A stretch of DNA of 63,580 bases, the filler included, from Octopus bimaculoides (lineage: Eukaryota), in NCBI RefSeq assembly GCF_001194135.2. It is 5 parts of 5 records of this genome, joined end to end, with 100 filler letters (N's around TTAATTAATTAA, not from the genome) between each part and the next. Parts side by side here need not be neighbours in the genome. Positions count along the whole stretch, not along the records: positions 19,420 to 44,499 come from NC_068996.1; 4 more parts are not named here. One strand, given 5' to 3'. Position numbers and translations under genes: made by a program. How positions within the stretch are numbered: the stretch's first letter is position 1; each line of letters opens with the position of its first letter. Positions 25,292 to 38,650 of this stretch are shown here, one piece after another. Below the pieces are notes generated by a model that made no database searches, was not told the origin of the DNA, and worked only from the letters and a program-made list of their open reading frames with translations.

Positions 25292-25331
25292 GTTCTTATG
25301 ATTGATGGAAATGGTATTCTACATCCAAGAG
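25292..25331 (+). CDS. ENDOV: Endonuclease V exon
   Basis: caacag|GTT...AGAG|gtaaga, 40 nt, VLMIDGNGILHPR (catalytic DGNG motif). Confidence 0.95.
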
Positions 25332-26144
25332 GTAAGAAATAATCCCCTCAAAACATCATGTCACCAATCAATTTAAATTATTATCAATAATTATTTTCCT
25401 TATTAAGGCAGTGAGCTGGCTGAATTGTTAACACACCAGGTGAAATGTTTAGTGGTGTTTCATCTGTCTTCACATTCTGAGTTCAAATTCTGTCAAGGTC
25501 GACTCTTACCTTTCATCTTTTCAGGGTCTATAAAATGAGTACCAGACTTACCCCTTCCCCTGAAATTACTGGTTTTGTGCCAAAGTTTTAAAATCAATAA
25601 TTATTTTCCTTACATGCATTCTTCCTATAAAATCACAATGATAGATAAGACCAGTGCTTAACACCAAAACAAAGTATAGTAGTATTAGGTGCAGTGTCAG
25701 TGATAGGCAAATCTTCCTACTGATAATGGTTGATTCTATCAAAGGAAAACATTTTTATTGGCGGCATTGAAAGTTACAATGCAAGGCAATGAATCAGCTG
25801 AGAATTTCATAGAAATACCACTACTTAAGATGATGGATTATATAAATTTATATGATTACTGGTAACAAACATACCATTACTGGTATGTTTGTTCCTTCCC
25901 CGAGCCATGCCTGGCTCATAAGGGCTGGTTTCCTGGTTTCATTGGCATATAGGTTCCCCACCTGAACAGGACGTCAGTCTGTCATAGGTGAGCTGCAAGA
26001 GGAAAGAGTGAGAGAAAGTTGTGGCAAAAGAGTCAGCAGACGTTCACTATTACCTTCTGCTGGAGCCATGTGGAGCTTAAGTATTTTTACACTCGTAAAT
26101 ACACACATTACCCAGTCTGAGATTCAAACCCGCGATCCCTCAAC

Positions 26145-26264
26145 CACGAGTCCACTGCTCTAATCACGAGTCCACTGCTCTAATCACGAGTCCACTGCTC
26201 TAATCACGAGTCCACTGCTCTAATCACGAGTCCACTGCTCTAATCACAAGTCCACTGCTCTAAT
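26145..26264. repeat. 6 x 20-bp tandem repeat inside a SINE head
   Basis: (CACGAGTCCACTGCTCTAAT)x6, one substitution in the last unit. Confidence 0.95.
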
Positions 26265-26664
26265 CACTGGGCCATGTGCCTCCACCTATTCCTGCTATAC
26301 ATATTTATAACTAACTAGACTGGATTGTTGACACTGTACAGTGAACTATACCACACTGTGGTACCTACTTACAGCTTGATAGACTGGACTGCTGACAAGA
26401 GTGTTGGTCATGGATACAGTATAGTGAACTATACCACATTCTGTGATGCCTACTTACAATTAGATCGACTGGACACTTGATGGTTGAGTGTGTGGCTCAG
26501 GAACACATTATGCCACCACTGCCATCATCATCATCATCATTATCATCATTGCTTTTGTTATCAGTTGTAGTAGTAGTTGATCAGTGTTAAGATTTAGCCA
26601 TTCTTATTTTCTGTAGAGTTGTTCCATCCAGCTGTACTCTGTAAGATGTCCTTTACACACTCTC

Positions 26665-26779
<115 letters not shown>

Positions 26780-26883
26780 TTCTGTCCCTCTCTTTCTCTC
26801 CTCTCTCTCTTTCCTTCCTTCTCTCTCTCTCCCTTTCTTTCCCCCTCTCTCTCCCTATTGATAACCATCTTTCTTCCTTTCAG

Positions 26884-26996
26884 ATCTTGGTTTAGCTTGC
26901 CATGTTGGAATAGACTTGGATATACCTAGTATTGGTGTTGCTAAATCTCTTTTTTATTGCCATGGAATTCAGAAGGACAGCAGTTTCTATGAAAAG
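26884..26996 (+). CDS. ENDOV: Endonuclease V exon
   Basis: ttcag|AT...AAG|gtttgt, 113 nt, (D)LGLACHVGIDLDIPSIGVAKSLFYCHGIQKDSSFYEK; phase matches the previous exon. Confidence 0.95.
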
Positions 26997-27695
26997 GTTT
27001 GTAATTTTCAATAATTCCATTTTCTAACTTATTGTCAGTTGCCCTTAGTTTTGATATTTTTAACAATTCTATGCACTAATTAAACTAAGTAGAAATCGAT
27101 AGTTGTGATGATCACAATTGATATGTAATAAACAATTTTAATATATGAAGTCTTTACTACTTCTGTCTCCCTTTCTGCCATGACATTTTAATTCTGAAGC
27201 TGAAAAAGGATCAATGAGTACTTCTGTCAAATTTGTTTGGTAGTTGGTTAACTTATTGAGTACTTATGATATTTTTTTACATTACCACTTACTCTTTTAC
27301 TCTTTTACTTGTTTCAGTCATTTGACTGCGGCCATGCTAGAGCACCGCCTTTAGTCGAGCAAATCGACCCTGGGGCTTATTCTTTGTAAGCCTAGTACTT
27401 ATTCTATCGGTCTCTTTTGCCGAACCGCTAAGTGACGGGGACACAAACACACCAGCATCGGTTGTCAAGCAATGCTAGGGGGACAAACACAAACACACAC
27501 ATACACACACATATATATATATATATAGATATATACGACGGGCTTCTTTCAGTTTCCATCTACCAAATCCACTCACAAGGCTTTGGTCGGCCCGAGGCTA
27601 TAGTAGAAGACACTTGCCCAAGGTGCCACGCAGTGGAACTGAACCCGGGGACAAGTACTGCTGATTACAAATTTTCAAAAACCCATTATTTAGAT

Positions 27696-27881
27696 CAGTG
27701 GTTCCCAACCTTTGTTATGCCCCACACCCCTAAAAACTTTTAATATGTTCTTGCACCCCTTAAAATAATAATTTGTATAAGAATAAAGGTGCCCAGGGCA
27801 GTTACCTTCTTTGACCTCCTATAAATCCAGCCTTGCTTGCACCCCCAAGAGGTGTGAAACACCCCTGATTGGGAAACCCAG
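27696..27881. mobile_element. hAT-type MITE
   Basis: Ends CAGTGGTTCCCAACC and GATTGGGAAACCCAG; near-TSD ATTTAGAT/CTTTAGAT (8 bp). Confidence 0.65.
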
Positions 27882-28282
27882 CTTTAGATATATTGTATTT
27901 CTGATGGTGAGTGTGACAAGGGAGTGTTTGTAACTTAGTGCATGACAAATATTACAGAGGACTTCATTAAAAGAGCATTGGTTCTTCAGTTTTTTTGTTC
28001 ATGTTTACATCTTTTGCCAATATATATCAACGAAGGGGACAGAGAGAGAGAGAGAGAGAGAAGAATGATGATAGGCTTCTGTGCAGTTTCTGTCTACCAA
28101 ATTCCACTCACAAGATATTGGTTAACCCAAGCTCATTATTTGTTTGAAAATAAAATGAGTGTGGTTATAGTGTCAGCAAAAAGATTCCAAATGTTTGCTG
28201 CATTCTGTTGGACATTTATATTTAAGTAAATAAATTCTTTACATGTGTATTATTCAATAAAAGAAACATACAAACATGCATT

Positions 28283-28323
<41 letters not shown>

Positions 28324-28745
28324 GCATTTGTATATATTCACATTTGCATGCATGCACACATGTACACATACAGTATACTAACTCTAGAATACATATTCAA
28401 AAATTGAAACAATAAAAATTAGCATAGTGAAAAAATAAACAGTAGAATGGAATATACAAGTAAATAAATTTAAATTATTACAAAATTTACACATGCATGC
28501 ACACAAACAGACACACCTGTTTTGTACACATGTACACCATACTGCAAAAACAGGCACATACTAGTACACATATAAGATAAATGATAATGTATTATCAATT
28601 GGAGTTTAATGTGTAGTGACTTCAGGAAATTTAAGATATGTAAATAAATTTACTGTTTCAGTATGTGATCAATTCACAGGGTGCCTGGTTAATATTTTCA
28701 TCATGTATTTTCTCATCAGAGTTCTCAAATGTGTGTATGTGTGTG

Positions 28746-28880
28746 TCATCATCATCGTTTAACGTCCGCTTTCCATGCTAGCATGGGTTGGACGATTTGA
28801 CTGAGGACTGGTGAAACCGGATGGCAACACCAGGCTCCAATCTAAATTTGGCAGAGTTTCTACAGCTGGATGCCCTTCCT
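28746..28880 (-). mobile_element. Recurrent retroelement 3' end with (GAT)n tail (also ~42362-42860 and ~58357-58562)
   Basis: catcatc.tttaacgtccgctttccatgct.gcatgggttggacgatttgactgagg... repeated almost identically three times. Confidence 0.75.
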
Positions 28881-29517
28881 AGAGTTGAAGTGCTCAGCAT
28901 GAGCTAGAATTCATCTTATAGTAAAAATGGATACATAAGGGTGGAAAATCACAGGAACAATACCATATGTCCAACGTAAGATACAATATGTGTGTTCAAT
29001 TATATATATTCTTGGGTGGGATCGGTATATTTCTAGTAGAGATTCCCAAATGTCGTTTTTCCATTTTTCCCCAGAAATATACTGATCCCACCCAAGAATA
29101 CATATAATTGAACACACATATTGTATCTTACGTTGGACATATGGTATTGTTCCTGTGATTTTCCACCCTTATGTATCCATTTTTACTATAAGATGTATAT
29201 GTATATATATATGTATGTATGTATATATATATATATATAAACAATATATGAGTATATGCATATATATGTACATGTATGTACATACCTTCATCTACATGTA
29301 CATATAGATACATATCTGGGTACATGACGTTGCAAAAAAACATAGACAAAATGATAAACAAGGTACAAAAAACACGCAGGCCACATAGAGAACATATCCT
29401 TCATCAGCTGCCACCATTAAAACACTGGCATTTGCACACACATATATATACTTGCTCTCACACTTAGAATTCACAACATTACAGTATAGCTATCAACTCA
29501 TTTCCTGTGTTCTTCAG

Positions 29518-29589
29518 GTACAGAACATGAAAGATGGTGGAGATAGTTTCCCTTTAGTTCGAGAACATGACAACAAAACTATTGCTTAT
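29518..29589 (+). CDS. ENDOV: Endonuclease V exon
   Basis: cttcag|GTA...TAT|gtaagt, 72 nt, VQNMKDGGDSFPLVREHDNKTIAY (GDSFPL motif). Confidence 0.93.
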
Positions 29590-29699
29590 GTAAGTCTTTA
29601 ATTTACTTCGTTATTTATTTTCACTTTTCCTGCCATTCTTCATCCTCATATTTAGAACACTGAACGTATCTATCATTTTATTTTCATCCTTAGCCATGC

Positions 29700-30850
29700 T
29701 CTTCCTGCCCTTAGAAGCAGGTGCCACCTACAACAAGCTGCATTTGTGTTAAATCAATCTACTGCCAACCATATCTTTGCCCTTTGTCTCATTATTGAAA
29801 GATCTTGGGAGTTCTTCAAATATCACTACCTCTACATTACCTTTGTTGACCTTAAAGCAGCATTTGACATGGTCAACCATGAACCCCTCTAGAAAATTCT
29901 CAAGCTTGTCAGCATGTCTGTCGAGATCACCACCTTGTCCCAACAGCTCTGTAGCAGTGCCAAGAGTTGTGTGTGGGTGAATGGGAAGCTCCGGCTGGTT
30001 TTCCATCAACAGTGGAATCAGACAAAGCTGTATAGCTGCCCCTGACCTCTTCAGCTGTCTCATCAATCATCTGATGACCAAAGTCTGTGAGTGAGTGTCT
30101 GACATTAACTTTGGGAACTACCACCTTACAGACCTGGAGTATGCAGATGATACCACCCTATTCAGTGACTTGATCAACCAGCTCAGAGATGCACTGATCA
30201 TTTACAGAGAAGAATCACCAAAGTTTGGCCTTCAGGTGAATTGGGTGAAGACCAAGCTGATGCATGTTGACGATGGTCCAAACCCTCCTCCTCTCCATAT
30301 TGACCCTGACGTCATGGAGTTTGTCAGCTCCTACATCTACCTGGGCTCTACAGACACCAGTAATGGAAATCAATCACAGATGTGGTCTGGCTGCCATAGT
30401 TATGTACTCCCTATGGAAGCCCTTTTGGTGCCACTGCTCTATCTCTCGGAAGTCAAAACTCTGTATCTACAACATATCAGTTCTCTTCATGCTCCTCATG
30501 GAGAAGAAACATGGCCCCCTCAAAAAGACCCTGGTAAAGAGGATCAACTGCTTTGATAGCAAATCCCTGAGAACCATTGGGAACATCAGATGGTACCATC
30601 ATGTTTCCAATGATGAACTGCGCTCGCATCACCCCCACAGCTTCCCACCTCATAGCTATCCACCACAAGCATCAGTACAGACATGTTCTCTACTTCCCAC
30701 CAGATCATCCTACCAGGGCCTCTTACTCTTGTTCGACGCAGCAACTGCCAGTTGGAAGAGGCCTTGTACTAGATGACTGGATGTGATTAAGGAAGATCTC
30801 CAGAGGCTTGATGTCATCTTGGAGGATGCAGTGAGACTGAGATGGGACAA
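29700..30850 (+). mobile_element. Decayed RTE-clade LINE reverse transcriptase in an ENDOV intron
   Basis: LTDLEYADDTTLF...FGLQVNWVKTKLM...YIYLGS, then FDSKSLRTIGNIRWYHHVSNDEL; many frameshifts. Confidence 0.85.
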
Positions 30851-31137
30851 TTACTCTCTCTCTCTCTTGCTCTATAACCAAGAAGAAGGTCTTTTTTACT
30901 GCCTCCATCCTGCAAGTAGTGGTTTCTCTCTGTGTATGTATACGTGTATGTTTGTGTGTGTGTGTACGTGCATGCGTGCGTGTGCATGCATGTATGCATA
31001 TATACATACATATATATATATATATATGTATATCAATGCTGCTGAAAACACTTAGTATTTTTATATGTGAATTTTAGATCCACTTGAAGATATAATACTT
31101 TGCATTGTAATATCGATTTTGTATTGCTTTAATTTAG

Positions 31138-31266
31138 GCTCTTAAAAGTACGAAAGATTCCAAGAAACCCATTTATATATCCCAAGGTTATAAGGTATCT
31201 CTATCAACTGCAGTATGGCTTGTGAAGCAATGTTGTAAGTACAGAATACCTGAACCAGTTCGTATG
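31138..31266 (+). CDS. ENDOV: Endonuclease V exon
   Basis: atttag|GCT...ATG|gtaagt, 129 nt, ALKSTKDSKKPIYISQGYKVSLSTAVWLVKQCCKYRIPEPVRM. Confidence 0.96.
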
Positions 31267-31504
31267 GTAAGTGATGAAAAGTAGAACTTTTAATATAGAG
31301 TGTAACTTAATGTTAAAACTAAAAATTAAATAATGAAATAATGAACTGTTAGGAATTGCAATTAAATCTCCTTCAAATAGCACCCAATATTCTTTGATAC
31401 AGGAAAGACATTAAAATATGTAGTCCTGAAAAACTCTAGAATGGAAGGTTGGTCATGTTGGTCATGGTCTAAACATCAGCTTAATAATGACAAAGTTATA
31501 GCCT

Positions 31505-31742
31505 TACTCTTTACTCTTTTACTCTTTTACTTGTTTCAGTCATTTGACTGCGGCCATGCTGGAGCACCACCTTTAGTCGAGCAAATTGACCCCAGGACTT
31601 ATTCTTTGGAAGCCTAGTACTTATTCTATCGGTCTCTTTTGCCGAACCGCTAAGTTACGGGGATGTAAACACACCAGCATCGGTTGTCAAGCGATGTTGG
31701 GGGGATAAACACAGACACACAAACATATACACACAAACATAT

Positions 31743-31795
<53 letters not shown>

Positions 31796-31960
31796 TACGA
31801 CGAGCTTCTTTCAATTTCCATCTACCAAATCCACTCACAAGGCTTTGGTCGGCCCGAGGCTATATTAGAAGACACTTGCCCAAGGTGCCATGCAGTGGGA
31901 CTGAACCCGGAACTATGTGGTTGGTAAGCAAGCTACTTACCACACAGCCACTCCTGCGCC
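31505..31960 (-). mobile_element. tRNA-derived SINE family A, full length. Other copies: 40743-41124 +, 27290-27647 -, 21478-22612 - (gap-split), 51725-51887 +, 53242-53400 +, 16675-16822 +, 17710-17830 +, 20224-20378 -, 6465-6668 +
   Basis: Head gcaggagtggctgtgtggtaag...ggttcagtcccactgcgtggcaccttgggcaagtgtctt, internal (TA/TG)n, tail ggtgctccagcatggccgcagtcaaatgactgaaacaagtaaaagag. Confidence 0.9.
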
Positions 31961-32839
31961 TTGTGAGCAAGCTTGGTAGATGGAAACTGAAAGAAGCCTG
32001 TAATATATATGTATTTATATATGTGTGTCTTTGTTTCTGTTTATGTCTCTGTAACTTAGCAGTTCAGCAAAAAAAGACCAATGAAATAAGTACTAGGCTT
32101 ACAAAGAACAAGTCTTGGGGTCGATTTGTTTGACTAAAACCATTTAAGGCAGTGCTCCAGCATGGCTGCAATCAAATGACTGAAACATGTGAAAGAATAA
32201 AAGAATTAAAGAATGTGTGAGTGTATTTGTGTGTACCTTTGTCTTGGTATCATGTGATGGTTGCAAACTAGCTTCCTTATCACACAAATGATGATGTTTG
32301 TTTCCAGTCTTCTGTGAAAAATGTCTCTGGCTATGAAGAAATATTACCTTGCTTGGAAATAAACAGTTGGGTAACAGGAAGAGCACCTGGCAACAGAAAA
32401 ATTTGCCTCAACAAATTTCATCTGACCCATGTAAGGAGGGAAAAGTGGATGTTAAAACGATGGTGATGATGATGATGTTTCCTTTAACTTAATTGTTAGG
32501 AAAATGTACCAGATTATCTAGAGAAATGCTGCTTTTGGTTGAGTGGCCACTTATCTCACATTTGCTTAACACCATGAAACTAGACTTTGACACATATTAA
32601 CTTCTCATTTTTTCAGAGATATTAACATACTTATCTCTAGTAATAACAGGCATGTCACTATATCCTTTGGCAATGCTCTCAACTCAGATTTACCAAGTAT
32701 TATCTCAGAGAAAATAAGTAATAAATATTATTTAAATAATAGTGATGATAGTAGTGGAGGCGGCAGCGGCGGTGGAGGAAAAAGAAGAGGAGGTTTTAAA
32801 AGCAATATTTTAATTGTTTTGTTCTTTTTCCTTTTAAAG

Positions 32840-32887
32840 GCCGACCAGTATTCCAGAAAAATTATCAGAGAATCACAGACTTCATAA
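32840..32887 (+). CDS. ENDOV: Endonuclease V terminal coding exon
   Basis: ttttaaag|GCC...TAA, ADQYSRKIIRESQTS* (conserved AD..SR with the last catalytic Asp). Confidence 0.93.
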   Translation, partial: ADQYSRKIIRESQTS

Positions 32888-35508
32888 TGAACTGAAATAT
32901 CAATGTTTGCTACAATATTATTTTTTTAAAAGAAAAAAAAAACATTTTTCTGGGAAAAAAACTAACATATTTTATTCCATGTTTATTTCATAAAAGATAC
33001 TTTCGAGGGTTTTTTTGTTGCTTTTACTTTGCTAGTCTTGCAAGTTACTTGGCAACCTCATTAATGCTGCTGCCACAAAAAAATCTCACCCAGTACCTTC
33101 TGCAAAGTGGTTGGCATTAGGAAGGACATCCAGCCATTGAAACCATGTCAAGTTGACACTGGAGCTTGGTACAGTCCTCTGGCTCATTGGATTATGTCAA
33201 ACCTTCTAACTCATGTCAGCATGGAATATGGATCTTAAATGATGATGGTGATACTGTCTTTTATGCAGTGTCAAAATTCCATTGTATTTCTTTGGGCTGG
33301 TCACTGATATAATTCCACGGAATGAGATGCAAGTTTATTTTGCAATTTATAATAGACAGTATTATTAAGAAATATATATGGAAAGAGAATATAACATCGA
33401 TTAATTGGTCTTAAATGGCTAAAATAACCCTTCCATAATTTCGTAATTGCTTCTGTTTAAAAAATTGGTCACTGATCATCTTACTTGTCAATCAAATACA
33501 ATTCCAAAATTTTGTTATTTTTTTATAAGCTTATAAAAACACAAAAACAAAAATAAACAAATATTTTTCTTAATATGATTTTAAAAGATTTTTTTTTATA
33601 AAAATCAACCATGTATTTTAAAACAAAATTATTTTATACATCATAGTAAGTGGCTGTGAATTTAAGGTACTGGACAACCTTACTACTATCATTGTATTGC
33701 TTATCTTTGTATTATTTGTTTGGTCAGGGCAAAGAGGCTGTGATTGTGGCTTCCACTGTTCTTTCAGACTGGTAAAACTGATGCTTCTTTAGCATCCTTC
33801 TTGGACAGTTTTTGAAGTACACAGCTGCAGGAAAATAATATGTGCAAAGAATTTATATTCCAAAGAGATGAACATTCTGGGGCAGGGGAGGAAGGATTGG
33901 GTGAGGCCTGGAAAGAAAGGTGATTCAGTGTGTGTGGGAGGTGAAACTAGATAGTGCCTTAAGAGCAGAGGCCATTGTAGTAGCGTTAGAAAAGGTAAAG
34001 AGAGGACATAGTATATCCATGGGCCAAAAGATAGAGTGTTTATTGGGGAGTGACTGAAGTCAAATGACCTATTTTTCAGATGCAGTTTTCAGTATCTACT
34101 GACCCGGATGTTGGAGCAGTATTCCATTGTGGGTACAGATTTAGTAGTTTTTGGTGGGGGTGAGGTGTTTTATTTTTTTTTCTGGCTCTGAGGAAGAAGA
34201 CCACTTTTTAAGATGCTGTATTTGCAATGTTGTATAAGAGTGTTTGTTGAGGGAGATCCAGAGATGGGGAAACCTAGCATTTGAAGTGATTGTGAGAGCT
34301 CTAGTGGCATGATGTTCATGTCATGGCAATGGAATTGGTGTGACAAAAGATTTCTTGATAAGCATACTCTTTGTGTCTTTTTATTGTTAAAAGAGACAAA
34401 AGCTGCATGACCTTCATCGGAAAAAGGTGTTTGAAGTTTCTGTTGCTGTAGTTGAAGCAGATATGATCCAAAGTGTTTAGTTGATCTTGGATATGGTACA
34501 TAGCTTAAGTTTATCCCCACTGAAATATGGATGTTCTGTCAGAACAATTTATACTTTCATATTTGCTTTTGATACAAAATGCACCCCTGCTTATATTGCT
34601 CATGGGAAAATAAAATCCCCACAACTCCAGTGCCGAGACCACCAGTTCATGTGATTTTCTTGGTCTTATCAATGATGTTTGACAACTAGAAATAGCTGTG
34701 ACTCATCTCTTCATCAGTGATATATAGAATAACAGTGTCAGAACAGATGCTGATGTCACAGTTAGCCAGTGAGATTGTTACAAAATATATATAGCTTTAG
34801 TTAAGTTAGTGTATTAAATGCTCCCTGCATTGAAAATGTTGCCTAGAAATAATAATATAGTGAGTCTATTAGTCAGTAATGAATATTATTTTAATTAATC
34901 ATACTAGGGCTAAATATACCTTGCAGTTTCTCAAACTCAATAAAATGAAGTACCAGTCAAATACTGGGTTAATATAATTGAATATAGACATTAAACAAAT
35001 GTAAAATAAACAAACATTTACGCCACTTCAAATGTGATTGGAACATATTTGATCTGGAAAAAGGTCATTTATTTTGTTCTGGCCTGGTGGTCACAACATA
35101 CAGTCGGTGAATAATTTCTACTGCTTCTCTCTAAGGAAGCCAAGATTTCCAGCCATTTCAGTGCTGTCCTGTTTGGTCCCGAATACTGATGATAGCATAA
35201 TCAGTTCAAAATACATATATTAATCCAAAGAGGGCACTCTGAAATGACTGTTGCTGTTTTACCCCTTTTTCTTAAAGCCATTATTTTTCTCCAAGGCAAA
35301 CAGCAGTGAAAATAGCTTTTTAACAGACCAGATGTATCCCAGACGTATTTGACCCGATCTAAAAATTTGTTTATTGTTTTTAATTATACTACTAAATACA
35401 TGAGACAACTCTATGTGCTCTAGTTTCTTGACTCTCTGCCCACCTCTCTCTTTCACACACAGATACATACACACACACGCACACACATGCATGCTCACTC
35501 ACACACAT

Positions 35509-35542
<34 letters not shown>

Positions 35543-36905
35543 CAGCAATCCATGGTTTGTTTCAATCTTTTTCACAATTAAGTATTAACCCTTTAGCATT
35601 CAGATTCTGTCAAATGCATTGCTTATTAATTCACATTGTTTTGAATTAATCAGGCATTATCTCAGTTTTGAGATTTCAATGATGTAATTGTTTATTTGTA
35701 GAATATAACATTGCTAGTTAAGTGTGAGAGGCTGAATATGGCTAGTTTGAGCATAAAGTAGAATATTTGGGCCTGATATAGCCAGTTTAAATGCTAAAGG
35801 GTTAAATGATGAAACATACGTTCAGTTGTTAAAAAATAATTGCATCGGCAAATAAACAACCCACCGACCACCTCATCTAATATGGATAAAAATTTGTCTA
35901 AAAGACTTGAATTTCTGTTTTTGTACTGAGGTTGACATTTCATCCATCTTGTGGTAGCAGTCTGAGTAGATTTCATAAAATGCTTTGACCATGGCTACCA
36001 ACTGGAAAGTTTGATTTTAGCAAGCAGAACCTTCCATTGAGATATTTGCCTTAACCATTTTGAAGATATTCCTAATCAATGTCATAACATTCCTTTTGTA
36101 TATATATATATATATTATATATTTTTATAAGCACACACACACATACCCTTTTTTCTATCCAAAAAGGACTTTTTGAACCCCAATATTTAGAAGCTATTAT
36201 CTATAGTCTTATGTGTGTTTTGAGATATTCCAAAAAAGAGTTATTTCATGTTCTCTTGAAATTTTATAAAATTCTTATAACATCAAATATATGTATATAT
36301 GTATATATATATACATATTTTTATTTATTGGTAAAATAAGTATTTTTATAGAAATTCATTTGTTATATATTATTAGCTGATATTCTAATAAGTGATATGC
36401 TAATAGTATAACGTTTAAATTTTAGTTTAAACTAAAGCTTCGATAAGAATAATATCATTAAATATTTTTCTTTTATTTATTGTTAAAATAAGTACTTTTA
36501 CTTATTGATTAAATAAGTATTTTTATATAAATTCATTTGTTATTTATTGTTGGTTGATATATATACATTCATTTTATTATTATTGTTGTTGTATTTTGAC
36601 CCGAAGATTAGCTATATTTTTTAATAGAATTGATTTTCGATCGATTTATTTTAATCGATTTTATTTTATTTTATTTTCTATTTGAAAATTTGGTTATGAA
36701 ACACATGTAGTCATTTTATTATTTTAATAATTATTACTTTGTATTTTATTATAGTTCCTTTTAGTGTATTTAGTTGATTAAATTTTTCTATATGTGACTG
36801 TGGATTTTCATGGATGAGTTCAGGAACTGTGGTTCTTTTCTCTAAATTATATACTGTGAATTGAATTTTTACCTGTAAATTTGGATTTTTATCCCTAATA
36901 TTATT

Positions 36906-36953
<48 letters not shown>

Positions 36954-38188
36954 CATTGAATTTATCATCTCTGTATGATCACCATATAATTATAGCTGTT
37001 TCGTAAATTTCTTTATATAGTATAATAATTATGTTACACACTCAAAATTTTGTCTGTACATTTTTATATCAATATGTATAAAGTGAAACTTACTCATTGG
37101 ATCTCATTCACACACACACACACACACACACACATTAGACTTGCTAGCTAAATAGAATATTTCTTTGTTGACAAGACCTAATAAGACAGAAACATGTCTG
37201 TTGTTAAAACTTGGTTTTAAAAAGTCAGATTCATTCCAGTCTGTATTTTATATTATGTCAAAGGAACAAAAAAGTTTTTATTGGAATTATCTCCCGTGTT
37301 TATTCTTTAGATTTTAGTTGCCCCAAGAGAGAAAAGTTACTATTATATAATAACATATTTGAAACCCTACCATATTTGTATGAAGTTTGTAAATTCAATC
37401 TCTGTCCTTTTTTGTTGAGACTTCTCAACTACCAAACTTAAATAAGAGTACATGTTATTTTTATCGAACAGGTAAACTGTAACATACAAAAGCCTGGCTT
37501 CTTCTGATTGCTATTTCACTATCATTATAAATTATGAAATAATCATAAGTTTAAAGATATTAAGTTAACTGGAAGTTTTCAGTTACAAGTATGTATTATA
37601 AGTACTACTTCTCAGATCATTATTACAGGGAATAGAGGGCCTGTGATGAATATTTTTTATATTGTAGTTCACAACAGTCTTGAATTTTGTATCCACCAAT
37701 GAGTGTAAATATGTAGCAAAACAGAACAACAGAATATATTTTTCAAAATGCTTTACTAATAATAACAAACAGAAATGTGTTTTTTTTATATATTTATGTC
37801 TGGTGAGCTTACATATATTTTGATATCATTTACATTTCAAAGTTTGTTTAAGACAAGTTTCATAACCATCCCTGGTTCTATAATACAAAATTTCTGTTTT
37901 AAAGTGACTTAAATTATACCCCTTCTACCAAAATTATTTAACTAAATTCCTCATTCTGTTCAAAATAAAGGCAGTTTACTAATCTTTTTAATACAAATAA
38001 AATTGTTAACAAGTCATTGTTTTTCTGTATTTTTTCATTAAAATGTTACTGTTTTTTCTACAAATTTAACATTGCTTAATTTATCTTTTGTTTTCACTGA
38101 TTGTTTTACTGACTCCATTATCAAAGTGGTGTTCAAGTCAGCATTTTCAGGTACAATAATACAAACTCTATAAATAACAAGAGCATTG

Positions 38189-38650
38189 TACATTATTTAC
38201 ATTTGACGGATATTTGTCCTCATCTTGTTTGTTAGCACGTTTTGGCTGATATACCCTCCAGCCTTCATCAGGTGTCTTGGGGAAATTTCGAACCTGGGTT
38301 CTCATTCCTAAGATATTTTTCAATGTTATTATTATTATTATTATTATTATTGTTGTTGTTATTCAGGTCATGGCCTGGAATCAAACTCGGAATCATGGGA
38401 TTAGTTGCCCGCACTCTTAACCCCAAGATTCCAAGTTCAATTCCAGACAGTGACCTGAATAATGATAATAATAACATTGAAAAATACCTTAGGAATGAGA
38501 ACCTAGGTTTGAAATTTCCCCAAGACACCTGATGAAGGCTGGAGGGATATCAGCCGAAACATTGTGTTAACAACAAACAAGATGAGGACAAATATCCATC
38601 AAGCGTAAATAATGTGCATAATTCCTCACCTCTCAAATATAGAACTGTAT
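38189..38650. mobile_element. Second copy of the tRNA-head/HHR fold-back element
   Basis: Same arm sequence as 3155-3535; here the inversion also includes (AAT)n and the B-box half of the tRNA head. HHR motif at 38524-38568 (+). Confidence 0.8.

Noticed and set aside
26145-26264. CRISPR-like array
   Set aside because: Direct tandem units without spacers, inside a SINE, in a eukaryotic genome.
28795-28830. CTGAGGA...GAAACCGG in the recurrent (GAT)n-tailed repeat as another hammerhead
   Set aside because: No stem II can form and there is no NUH triplet.
33700-34520. ORF 34170..34520 as a gene
   Set aside because: The surrounding minus-strand sequence looks like an old LINE remnant; too decayed to classify.
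35800-36000. Minus-strand frame LVAMVKAFYEIYSDCYHKMDEM... as an exon
   Set aside because: No clear donor and no recognisable homology.
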